A DNA stretch of 64,000 nt from assembly GCA_032718475.1 (NCBI GenBank), contig JAUCBJ010009136.1, positions 186,001-250,000 on the forward strand, read 5' to 3'. Under the pieces are notes generated by a model. The model saw nothing but the letters and a program-made list of their open reading frames with translations, was not told the DNA's origin and did no database searches. Source of the stretch: Nemertoderma westbladi. Its lineage: Eukaryota > Animalia > Xenacoelomorpha. A program made the translations under genes and the position numbers. This document shows, piece by piece, positions 52,101 to 59,711 of the stretch. Positions within the stretch are counted from its first letter, which is position 1, and each line of letters opens with the position of its first letter.

Positions 52101-54671
52101 TTGGTTTTATTTTACATAAACAACGACACACTCGAATTCAAGACATTCGTAGCTAACCGTCGCGCAGAAATTCTAGATCGTTCAATAAAAGAGGATTGGC
52201 GACATTGTCCCGGACCACAAAACCCAGCTGATATTGCGTCGCGAGGAATGATGCCTGAGGAATTCTGTAAACCGGAGAACAAAGAATTTTGGCAACACGG
52301 ACCCCAATTCTTGCAGAAATCGACACAAGATTGGCCTCCGTTATACGACAACAAATCTAACACTATCCCAAAGGACGCCGAAATCAAGAAACCAAAAAAG
52401 GGGAAGACAAAGAAAAAGACAACGGCGGCAAAACTCAAGAAGAAACCGAAGGCAAAATGGAAAGATATAACTTCAAAGGTCAAGAGAGGAAGACTTGCGA
52501 GCCTTTCTACACCAGACATATCGCCAGACGGTCAACCAGACACGTTACTAGACGGTCAACCAGACATTCTACCAGACATTAGTAACGCATTGACAAACAG
52601 TAAAGCCGCAGTTTCCCTATTGGAGCGGCCTTCTATTGACAAACAACCAGATACGTTACCAGACGTATCGCCAGACACATTACTAGACAGTCGACTAGAC
52701 ACTAGTAACGTACTGACAAATAGTGAAGCCGCAGTTTCTCTATTGGAGCGGCCTTGTATTGACAAACTACCAATTTTGACACACTTGAGCAACCATAAGC
52801 AAGGTGAAACCTCATGTATTACAGATGTGGGTAGTACCTACGCTAATGTAAATACAGGTGTTACTTTGCGCTCAAGAGACATACCGAACTTGCAACCTAT
52901 GGTGAGACCTGGGATTAATGTCGGCAGGAAAATAAGTTTACCGAAACCTGCTGACCCCATAGAGTTCAAACCACCATTAACGATCGACTTACAAAGTACT
53001 GACGATCAAGGTAAGAAGACGAAGAAGGACAAATTACTTGTAGACCCCGACGGATCAACAGTCAACAAGGGAATACTTACCGGCGGACCCGTGGGCCCTT
53101 CTAGTAATTCAAAACCTTCCAAAATCTCCATTGACTTACCTGATGACGTCACAAATACTCATGTCGACCGTATTGTAAACCTAACAGATTCTTGGACAAA
53201 CGCTTGCCGAAAATTAGCGTGGATTGTACGTTTTGTACAATACGTTAAAGGCAAACGTGACTTTACACGTCGACTTACATTGGCTGAGATTGACAGGTGT
53301 GAGATTAAATTAATTCGCCATTACCAACTGCGATATTTCGCGCGCGAATTCACATCCATAAATCAAGGTCAACCAATCAAGTTGTCACCAATACTGAGTT
53401 GGAGTCCGATTATTTATAATGGCTTAATTTATCATAAATCTCGGCTTCAAAACATTGACTTTAACACAAACTTTAGGTACCCAATAATAATACCGCAACA
53501 CCACGAACTACAACGTGCAATGATACTGGACGCACATCTACATCTGAAACACGCTGGAAGACACCACTGTCTTTCCTACTTACGTACTAGATTTGTATTA
53601 ATTAGACCCAGTAAAGCATTAAGTTCAGTGACACGTACGTGTATTATTTGTAAAAAGGTACATTCTAGAATAGGTACCCAAGAAATGAGTGAACTACCAC
53701 AAGCACGACTTCAAGCATTCAAACCACCTTTTACAGAGACTGGAATTGATTGCTTTGGTCCCATACATACGAAACGTGGACGTATACTAGTAAAACGCTG
53801 GGGACTGATTTTCACATGTATGTCCAGTAGGGCAGTTCATATTGAACGTGTGATGGATCTTTCCACCTACGCGTTTATACTAGCACTGCGGCGATTTATC
53901 GCTAGACGCGGACTAGTAAAATGCTTGTACTCAGACCAAGGGACAAACTTTGTTGGTGCTCGGAATGAGATTGCTAGAGCCTTTAAGAAATTAGATCATG
54001 ATCAAATCTCGAACGAACTACAACCTCACAAGATTGTTTGGAAGTTCAACCCTCCAGATAGTCCTTGGAGAGGCGGAGTCTGGGAGAGATTGATTAGATC
54101 TATAAAGACAGCCATGGCAAAGGTCATTCCAGTAAACCACATATTAACAGACGACCAACTGACAACATTGTTTGTTGAAATCGAGGCAATACTAAATACT
54201 AGACCAATAGTATTAGTACCCGATGACAAACAATCTCAATTTGCTTTAACACCAGCACACCTGCTAATGCAGGCACCGACTACTTTGACGCCGATTTCTA
54301 TTCCAATAGAAAGCGACAGCTACGGTAGAAAAGCGTGGAAAATCACGCAACTACTAGCTAACAAATTCTGGGAAATATGGCAAAACCATTATTTGCCCTC
54401 TATTTCTGCCAGAACAACTTGGTACAATAACACCCGCGCATTAAAGCCGGGAGATCACGTGCTGTTGGCAGAAGTGAATCTAAAAAGACGCTTCTGGATA
54501 ACAGGTGTAATTTTAGCCACACATCCATCTATGGATGGAGTGACAAGAACTGTGACGGTACGGACAATTGACGGTCGTACAGTAGACAGACCGACTCAAC
54601 GTCTCGTACTTCTTGAAGAGACTCGTAACGAGTCTGGAGACTACAAATCTCCACCTAATACTAGTAAATAA
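46170..54671 (+). CDS. BEL/Pao Gag-Pol polyprotein (2833 aa; probably starts at 45942 with an in-frame TGA at 46152)
   Basis: Coiled-coil N-terminus; Gag core PKFSG..W..F; triple Cys/His knuckle (CQYC..H..C, CWRC..GH...C, CPSC..H..LLH); protease AILDSAS; RT YLPHH, RVVNDCAA, DVEAMFHQV, FYVDDG; RNase H FSDAS, PRAEL, WTDAT, NPADIASRG; integrase H-H-CIIC, GIDCFGP, YSDQGTNF, GGVWERLI. Confidence 0.97.
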   Translation: MVSSAGSQESVVRSVGGYMAHITRSIGEGHRILDGLTAPMSRFEFYTLQVRVQSKVYKSVDNLVGLQDLARQRQDMDTQLRILEKLMIAREKLIQFKSTIRQIQQEQADQLLGESVSDELLQPEEEQELYRLDGQLKHLTDHLRMCGEDVSDSETVPEYTRETSPVRIESAPGILDQSLVSIRSEIGEISIVTSEISRQQQQHDRQRREAEEQAQLLTAQAAMQEEKLRVANVARISHLQEQAELEAAEMERLELEIAQRTATAELAQQAAAAELERQAAAAESERRAAAAESERRAATAELERRAAELEEHKRVSEARAEMKKRQIKAQSAIRQAELEAQQQQTEQREKEVKLHFELGKKARELANAKEDLDLQARDRSMRSRDGHDLDQLEVRHRQIQERMKEGSVGAPGRERQLVKDLCQRFPQVTPMFAPVTTKEPVSIAGSSDISPIHGVTEHRFVIPDKFIPSRATSSPIPKVKVSNPPITDRSSLLTGPALLTTKQVSPPSTPKPVTHYAYPMTFRPTRPLDSKAVIRPPIQFTSQSTTSRKTCEPTEQRRTVETRPFNQCTSQSTTSRKTCEPTEQRRLVDTRPFNQCTSQSTTSRKTCEPTEQRRIVDDVPKRNVRIRTTQRTRARRPPYPDDSSTSSESDYPKREVFRTGAADEYKRERSDNSFADNPPQNTPTQKALQPTDAISTQQFADIMRPVVNKLAQIEERLEEGYTDSSRNSEFEHNRHPKEPQRPVPSKHTSYQGKAPRRENINQVTNQGRETLNVAEEIAKFAARQGLPVQQPPKFSGSSKHWHTFVDYIESQIAVCAFTSREKFNYLLQTLSGEPKRLAETFVGVPDAFELAYDRLTSIYGGTVSMARSVIEELCKGGAITKPVDLLKLADEIKNAITTLRSIGQLDYGNTPTVLLKIIGRLHHRLRREWRKVEYQREERGGFLKLEDVYLLISREAVVETRSNYTDQHIVAEGITLPSSNRQKPQTTSTKTATYTTPTESRQFSDGGRVSAPIGTKQTRQQLGTDFSGCQYCEHLGKRYIGHKLRGCRQFRELNSEERRLQIRPLDSCWRCTRHGHVRKDCPNTDTCPSCGRNHDGLLHTDSHTPTKRFAREHPEAAARCDAAYRKRESKTTPTFVTHIEDCFSEQSGSSDEESEDDEYSNGDEQPSIALLTTDQLKGFSVIPIKITGTKGSKRIYAILDSASSHSYVDEKIADVVTDLKQGKHVSYTVSSMHGQRAIPVTRVKLDLDSLLPKSQHSERERSLLPFRDLTFAATKDFSNLLGPVPEQSLEDRKYFRHLGVPECPVNYRSVAMLIGTDQFNLHQVWETRPSAVVAGNAYACRTPIGWYTRAPMRTLDVSDEEDDVQSTCSLLTTNSIHSFSHDVNHTTLQSTKHNRRVTSMISHKEQLIHQVSLELGEKTSQLEIPSTTDDRLASLPTPITSTVPVEIDDDALRNHQLEQAVLDKELTEKTIRWLEQDTAEPGSYEPCMSEQEKQSLKIMEDTIRQTKDGHYEVGMLWRSQSPKLINNYPLALRRLHSIRQRLLKDEKAHLQYNTQMETYLTKGYAIRMTNPEIVTNQTYYLPHHYVRHPDKPDKVRVVNDCAALFEGMSLNSELMDGPNMNNYLMGVIMRFRQRQVAFTCDVEAMFHQVRALERDRDSLRFLWYPEGDLSLPPATYQMQVRVFGARDSPNCTMYALKQAARDQKHLYDPEIIRIVERDFYVDDGLQSCDTVERATTVAHQLRDCLAGGGFNLTKFASNSAELVDSFGTTERGGGDIDLEFEPLPTTKVLGLFWDPNTDNFRVKVRLDSQENTLTKRSCLSKLSRLFDPLGFISPVILQARIYMRSIWKDGLTWDEPISSDQVDLWKTWEAELSSLEDYSIPRVYFPLQSTFPDNLELHCFSDASDNGFGVAAYLRRQVESDEFDVSLITSKAKTMPTKYMTTPRAELQAATLSTTIVNLIQTELQSSLQIFYWTDATLVLFYINNDTLEFKTFVANRRAEILDRSIKEDWRHCPGPQNPADIASRGMMPEEFCKPENKEFWQHGPQFLQKSTQDWPPLYDNKSNTIPKDAEIKKPKKGKTKKKTTAAKLKKKPKAKWKDITSKVKRGRLASLSTPDISPDGQPDTLLDGQPDILPDISNALTNSKAAVSLLERPSIDKQPDTLPDVSPDTLLDSRLDTSNVLTNSEAAVSLLERPCIDKLPILTHLSNHKQGETSCITDVGSTYANVNTGVTLRSRDIPNLQPMVRPGINVGRKISLPKPADPIEFKPPLTIDLQSTDDQGKKTKKDKLLVDPDGSTVNKGILTGGPVGPSSNSKPSKISIDLPDDVTNTHVDRIVNLTDSWTNACRKLAWIVRFVQYVKGKRDFTRRLTLAEIDRCEIKLIRHYQLRYFAREFTSINQGQPIKLSPILSWSPIIYNGLIYHKSRLQNIDFNTNFRYPIIIPQHHELQRAMILDAHLHLKHAGRHHCLSYLRTRFVLIRPSKALSSVTRTCIICKKVHSRIGTQEMSELPQARLQAFKPPFTETGIDCFGPIHTKRGRILVKRWGLIFTCMSSRAVHIERVMDLSTYAFILALRRFIARRGLVKCLYSDQGTNFVGARNEIARAFKKLDHDQISNELQPHKIVWKFNPPDSPWRGGVWERLIRSIKTAMAKVIPVNHILTDDQLTTLFVEIEAILNTRPIVLVPDDKQSQFALTPAHLLMQAPTTLTPISIPIESDSYGRKAWKITQLLANKFWEIWQNHYLPSISARTTWYNNTRALKPGDHVLLAEVNLKRRFWITGVILATHPSMDGVTRTVTVRTIDGRTVDRPTQRLVLLEETRNESGDYKSPPNTSK

Positions 54672-55331
54672 TTAGGAGTTTACAAATAGATTTCCACGTA
54701 CCTGTACACTGTAGTAAGGACAGCGGTAGAATTCCATTGTCTTTATATGTGAACATTGAGGGTAGTACCCTTATGTGTCACATAGGAGCGGGATTTGTAG
54801 GTATAAGAAATGGAATTCTACTTGGAACTCACAATATTGAGACATTTTCGAAATTTTAGACAATCCATTTGGATTTGAAAATTTTTAAAATTTTCTCCAG
54901 TGAATAGATTTCAGGGTACAGTCGGGTGGAACTTAAAATTAGAGAAACAAGAGAGGAAGACTTGCGAGCCTTTCTTAAAAATTTTAATTAAATTTTACAC
55001 GGTCTTGTTTCAATAAGTTACGTCAATAAATAGACTCCCCTATATTTATTACTAATTCTTGACTGCTTATTTTCTGATAATAGTTTGGGATCAAAAAGTG
55101 AGTATTTTAGACTCACAGCCAGTTTAGCCCAAATTCGTTTTTACTTCGGCAAAAATTTTAGATAAGAAGCAGCGTGTCATTAAAGAAACCCTAGATCTTA
55201 GGCTATGGGTAGGAGGTTAGAGCGTTGTCGAAGCCCAAAGGGCAGACGAAACTCTCACGTCTCCTCACAACTAACTACAAACTCTGTTGTATTCCCTCTA
55301 GTAGTAATGATTATGTAACTACACCCTAATT

Positions 55332-56507
55332 ATGGAGAAAGGGATACAAGGAGAGCCGAGATGGGGATATGATATCCAAGAGGAGGCAGCAGCGCCATTC
55401 GAAAGATTTGGAGCCAAGGATTATACTATATTTGGTATAAAAGAATTATCGGAAAGTACAGCGAAACTCGCGAGAACTAAATATGACTCGAACGTATTAA
55501 AGAGAAGGCAAAACGCATTAAACGAAAGAATCGAAAGTTTGCGCCAAACCTTCAACGAACTTTACCCGTACGATGCTTTGTGTGATACGGGAGACATTAG
55601 CGAAGACCCCGATACTGAAATTAGTCGTTTGTATCATACCATGCAATACCTAAAGGCGCACGAACCTATGCCCGCAGTACGCGATGAATTCGATGGAATG
55701 CATCTTTACAGACGAACTCGAGGGGACGATAGAGAAACCAAGGAAGCATTTTCAGTTTATAAACTTTATTATCAATGCGGTTCTTGTATGCGCGAACAAC
55801 GAAATGCGATTCCGATGCGTTTGAATAAGGAAAATCCCGAACCGATATTGGCGAGGTGTTCGAATCATCAACAACTACGCTACCAGGAAGGAGGGTATCC
55901 TTTATCGAATCCATATCATTCATTTGCTATGACCGGACCAAAGGCGGGAGAAACTGTCATTTACCCACCTAAGGTTGTTGAACCCGATGTATTTGAACTT
56001 ACGCTGGACGAGGCGAATCAGTCAACCCGCGAAAAGAAAGAAGCTCTTAGCCTATACAGAGCCTACAAGGCTTTCGAGAAAGGTGAGATGGAAGAATGGG
56101 GTGGAAGACTCGCGAGCCTACCTTGCCATTGGACGTCACACGATCAAACTTCAGCTAAGGAGATGACACCGGAAGTTTTCGAGAGCATAAACTTTGCTCA
56201 AAACGTTATTCAGAGATTACAGATTGCATCCCCGGAGAGGCCAAGAGAAATGCAACCGTATAGTACTTCAACTACGAAACCATTGAGTACGACACTCAAT
56301 TTCCCTATTAGTATACCAGTCCGACAGGATACGACGTACGAAATACCCATCGTGGATCATCCAGAAATCATTTCAAACTTGGAGTTTCTTCCTGCAGTTG
56401 TTTTCAGCGATATGAGTAAGATATATGATTTATGTAGACATATTACTCAAAAGGTCGTGCGTTGTGCACGAGGTTCAAGATTTCAAGATTTTCAAGGAAC
56501 TGGATAG
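55332..56507 (+). CDS. Accessory ORF A of the BEL element (391 aa), unknown function, possible CxxC...CxxH zinc site
   Basis: Open, non-repetitive ORF in the env slot; YQCGSC...ARCSNH; no evident signal peptide or transmembrane segment; overlaps ORF B (+1 frame). Confidence 0.7.
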   Translation: MEKGIQGEPRWGYDIQEEAAAPFERFGAKDYTIFGIKELSESTAKLARTKYDSNVLKRRQNALNERIESLRQTFNELYPYDALCDTGDISEDPDTEISRLYHTMQYLKAHEPMPAVRDEFDGMHLYRRTRGDDRETKEAFSVYKLYYQCGSCMREQRNAIPMRLNKENPEPILARCSNHQQLRYQEGGYPLSNPYHSFAMTGPKAGETVIYPPKVVEPDVFELTLDEANQSTREKKEALSLYRAYKAFEKGEMEEWGGRLASLPCHWTSHDQTSAKEMTPEVFESINFAQNVIQRLQIASPERPREMQPYSTSTTKPLSTTLNFPISIPVRQDTTYEIPIVDHPEIISNLEFLPAVVFSDMSKIYDLCRHITQKVVRCARGSRFQDFQGTG

Positions 56508-59061
56508 AGCTGGTGCCGACATAGCTCCGAGTAATCTGAAAGGATATCTAACCAAGACGATTCGTTTATGGATTGGAACCGGAACCTTCGAGTCGGATAC
56601 AGATATTGCCGCAGATTGGCGAGGTAAGGTTATTCGTTTCGATGAGGATAAGGATATAGAGAAGATTTGGCAACCTTCGGAAGAATTGTTGGATGAATGG
56701 ACTAGGACGTTTAGATCGTTTCAGGAAAACGGTTATATGTTTTACGATAACGAGGGCGGCAGTCATCAGCAGAGTTTGACTTCTAAGACTATACAGATTA
56801 GAGCGGCGGACGGAGTCCTGCACGTTTTCAGTAGACAGAGGAGCGACAAACGAATGCCGATACCTCCAGCGAATACAAAGCGACACCATCTTATCACCGA
56901 TATAGTAAAGAAGATGGACCAAGCTTGTAATATTGACGCTAGAATGCTACCGAAGATGGTAAGAAACATGATTTTAGATAAAACTGTTGTAAAGGTTGGA
57001 TCAGGAGTAAGGGAGGATTTAATTAGCGACTTTGCCGGCATGACGGACAGCGATGACCGACTACCGACACCATACGTCGACACTCGACCTCTTATTCTGT
57101 GGTCTATAGAACAGGGATATTTTCGTGAGTATAATACTCAGAAGACTGGAACTGGATACATTTCCTACCTGTTATTCAATTGGGATTATAAGGAAGGTAA
57201 AAGAAACAAGTATATTGAAACTTATGGAGAAGGTGATACTCCAGATATGAGTGAGTTTGAATCACAGCTTAAATGGAGAGGATGCGTGTATTGGGCTATT
57301 ACGTCACCTCCAAGAGCGGTCTTACAATATTATTTAGCGATAGAGTCGTCAGTGAATGTTTGCCTAATCGCCGACATTGTGTCTCGGACTCTCAAAAGAC
57401 ATCCACTTTGTCTCGGAGAAGATCATACGTTCTACATGGAAGGGAGAATTCGTACCGACGTGTTTAGACGATTCCTTGAACCCTTCTACAACTCCGACGC
57501 TCAGTGTAATGCCTTTACTCGAGCAGGATTTAGTATATTTCGAGACGTGTATCTTTGCTGTGCGGGATCTCTTATCGAAAGACCATCTATGTTTACATTG
57601 TTACCCTATGAAGGAGAACGTATCGTGGAAATTACGGATGAATCACGGCAGACGCGCGCGCCTATCGGTCACCTTGGTGATGAATTCGAAGTAACTACTA
57701 CGATCGCCGACGATCCTTTAGAGGAACTTCTTGAGATAGAAAGGAACCTCCCGAAGAAATCTCAGACGGAGATTCGACAACTTGAAGCAACAGATGCTAT
57801 AGTTTGTATACAACCTTCAGAAACCTACCAACCCATAGACCCAGATGATTATGATTATAGTGTGGGAGGAAGCGCTCGACCGATTGGAGATCTTATATAC
57901 GAACGAGTGTGGTACCCTGCCAATACGATGTGTAGTAAATGTGGCGTCGCTGGACATCATATGGCAAAGTGCAGTGGAAAGCACATTACTACGACTCAGC
58001 TAATCTGTGGATGGTGTGGGGATCAAGGGTCTCATACCTTTTATACTTGCTGGAGATTTATGGCTCAATGTACTTATTGCAATATAAAGGGACATCGAGC
58101 ATCTGAATGCCAACTAAGAGACATACCTTATGAACACGAATCTGTAAAACTCGTGAGGAAGTTATTTGATGAGTGGGAAGATTTAGCCGACGAACATGTA
58201 TCGGCACAAAGAAGACGGTTTCCGATGAGAGCGCATCTCGGATTTTGGGCGGTAAATCCTCAGACGATGATGTCGGAAGGATATATCTCCGCTATGCCCC
58301 AATATGACGAACTTATCGAGGTTGTCGATATTTTGCCCCACGACAGCGGATTCCGAGTGGTGCGCGAGTATCTGTTACAAATTCACCCGGATAACAAAAA
58401 CACGTGGAATTTTCAGAAAGTCATTAATCGGATTACGTATGGTGAATTCGATCGTTTCCGAACTGAAAAGCGGAACAAGGGAGCTTGGTTAACCGTCGCA
58501 TGGGCATACCGAGCCGCGTTTTACCACAAACGTATACGAGCGAGCGTATTCGAGGAAGAAGAGGTCCTAGAGGCGACAAATATACCAGCCACTCCGGTTG
58601 CGCCGTCTGCACGTCACCCTCGGGAGGACGGGCAGGGTAGGATCATACGGGTCCAAAAGGTGGGCCAACAATTAAAGAAAATTATTAATGTAGAAGAACG
58701 CAAGGGAGTTGAGCCGACTATTCGAGTTACTCGGGATACGGTATCACTTCCAAGAGAACCAGTAGGAGGATCGGGACATACACCAGCTGATCAACAGGGG
58801 GCGCAAGCTACTCTTGGGTCTGCGTCGTCCACTTCTCGCGCGTTCCCAGACGTTCTACCAACTGTAGTGACGACTGATCGGTCACGAGGAATCGGTCGAG
58901 GTTTTGGGATGCTAAATAAACGAATTTGCGAGGAAATAGTCGCACCGTCTCTCAACGTCCCAAGTAAACCAGTGACTCGCCCCACAAGTCCCATATCGCG
59001 AGCAAAGTCACCTGTGCGCAGTTTTCGAGGACGCGGCAGGGCTCGATCCACTAAGCGATAA
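56425..59061 (+). CDS. Accessory ORF B (878 aa): WRN/EXD/Mut-7-like DEDDy 3'-5' exonuclease domain, three CCHC zinc knuckles and a basic RG/RS tail
   Basis: ExoI-like MFYDNEG..TIQI; LPKMVRNMILDKTVVKVGSGVRED (compare WRN-family LP..L..LL.D..I.KVG.G...D); YVDT; ExoIII-like W....P....QYYLAIE; knuckles CSKCGVAGHHMAKC, CGWCGDQGSHTFYTC, CTYCNIKGHRASEC. Confidence 0.75.
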   Translation: MIYVDILLKRSCVVHEVQDFKIFKELDRAGADIAPSNLKGYLTKTIRLWIGTGTFESDTDIAADWRGKVIRFDEDKDIEKIWQPSEELLDEWTRTFRSFQENGYMFYDNEGGSHQQSLTSKTIQIRAADGVLHVFSRQRSDKRMPIPPANTKRHHLITDIVKKMDQACNIDARMLPKMVRNMILDKTVVKVGSGVREDLISDFAGMTDSDDRLPTPYVDTRPLILWSIEQGYFREYNTQKTGTGYISYLLFNWDYKEGKRNKYIETYGEGDTPDMSEFESQLKWRGCVYWAITSPPRAVLQYYLAIESSVNVCLIADIVSRTLKRHPLCLGEDHTFYMEGRIRTDVFRRFLEPFYNSDAQCNAFTRAGFSIFRDVYLCCAGSLIERPSMFTLLPYEGERIVEITDESRQTRAPIGHLGDEFEVTTTIADDPLEELLEIERNLPKKSQTEIRQLEATDAIVCIQPSETYQPIDPDDYDYSVGGSARPIGDLIYERVWYPANTMCSKCGVAGHHMAKCSGKHITTTQLICGWCGDQGSHTFYTCWRFMAQCTYCNIKGHRASECQLRDIPYEHESVKLVRKLFDEWEDLADEHVSAQRRRFPMRAHLGFWAVNPQTMMSEGYISAMPQYDELIEVVDILPHDSGFRVVREYLLQIHPDNKNTWNFQKVINRITYGEFDRFRTEKRNKGAWLTVAWAYRAAFYHKRIRASVFEEEEVLEATNIPATPVAPSARHPREDGQGRIIRVQKVGQQLKKIINVEERKGVEPTIRVTRDTVSLPREPVGGSGHTPADQQGAQATLGSASSTSRAFPDVLPTVVTTDRSRGIGRGFGMLNKRICEEIVAPSLNVPSKPVTRPTSPISRAKSPVRSFRGRGRARSTKR

Positions 59062-59711
59062 AAGGGAGGGCAAGGGTGGATGGAAGACTCGTGGGCCTTT
59101 CTTATGATTTGTGATTTATTTGAATTTATATTTATATTTGTGTTTATTCCGAACTTAAGCAATTTGTATTGTTCCGAATTTGTATTTAGAAAGTTTATAT
59201 TTAAAAGGAACTTATATTTGAAAGATTTATGTTTCATATTTGAGATGCAAAGGAGTTTATATTATTCTAAACTTATGCAGTTTATATTTAGTAAAGATTT
59301 ATATTTAGTAAGAATTTATATTTTATATTTGTAATTATTCCGAACTTATGCAATTTATATTATTCCGAACTTATGCAATTTATATTGTTCCGAATATTAT
59401 GTAATTTACATTTTATAGGCAGTATTTACAGTGAAATAGAAATAATTGTTTGAATTTATGTAATATTGAGATGCAATAGATTTATATTGGTGAATTTAAT
59501 TTAGATTTATATTGTACTTACTTAGTAAAGCCTTAAATACGTAAAGTTTGAATTTGTAATTATTTTGTATCGAATCATTACGTAGAAAGGAAGTATTGTT
59601 TGAAATTTAATTGTAAATATGTAAGTACGCCCTAAGTATTCTATAGTTTGATTGATTATTGGTGAAAACCGTATATTTTATGCACGATAATATCCTGTTT
59701 TCATGGAGCGG

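Noticed and set aside
55332-59061. env gene
   Set aside because: No signal peptide, transmembrane anchor or glycoprotein-like Cys pattern; motifs point to a nuclease and zinc knuckles.
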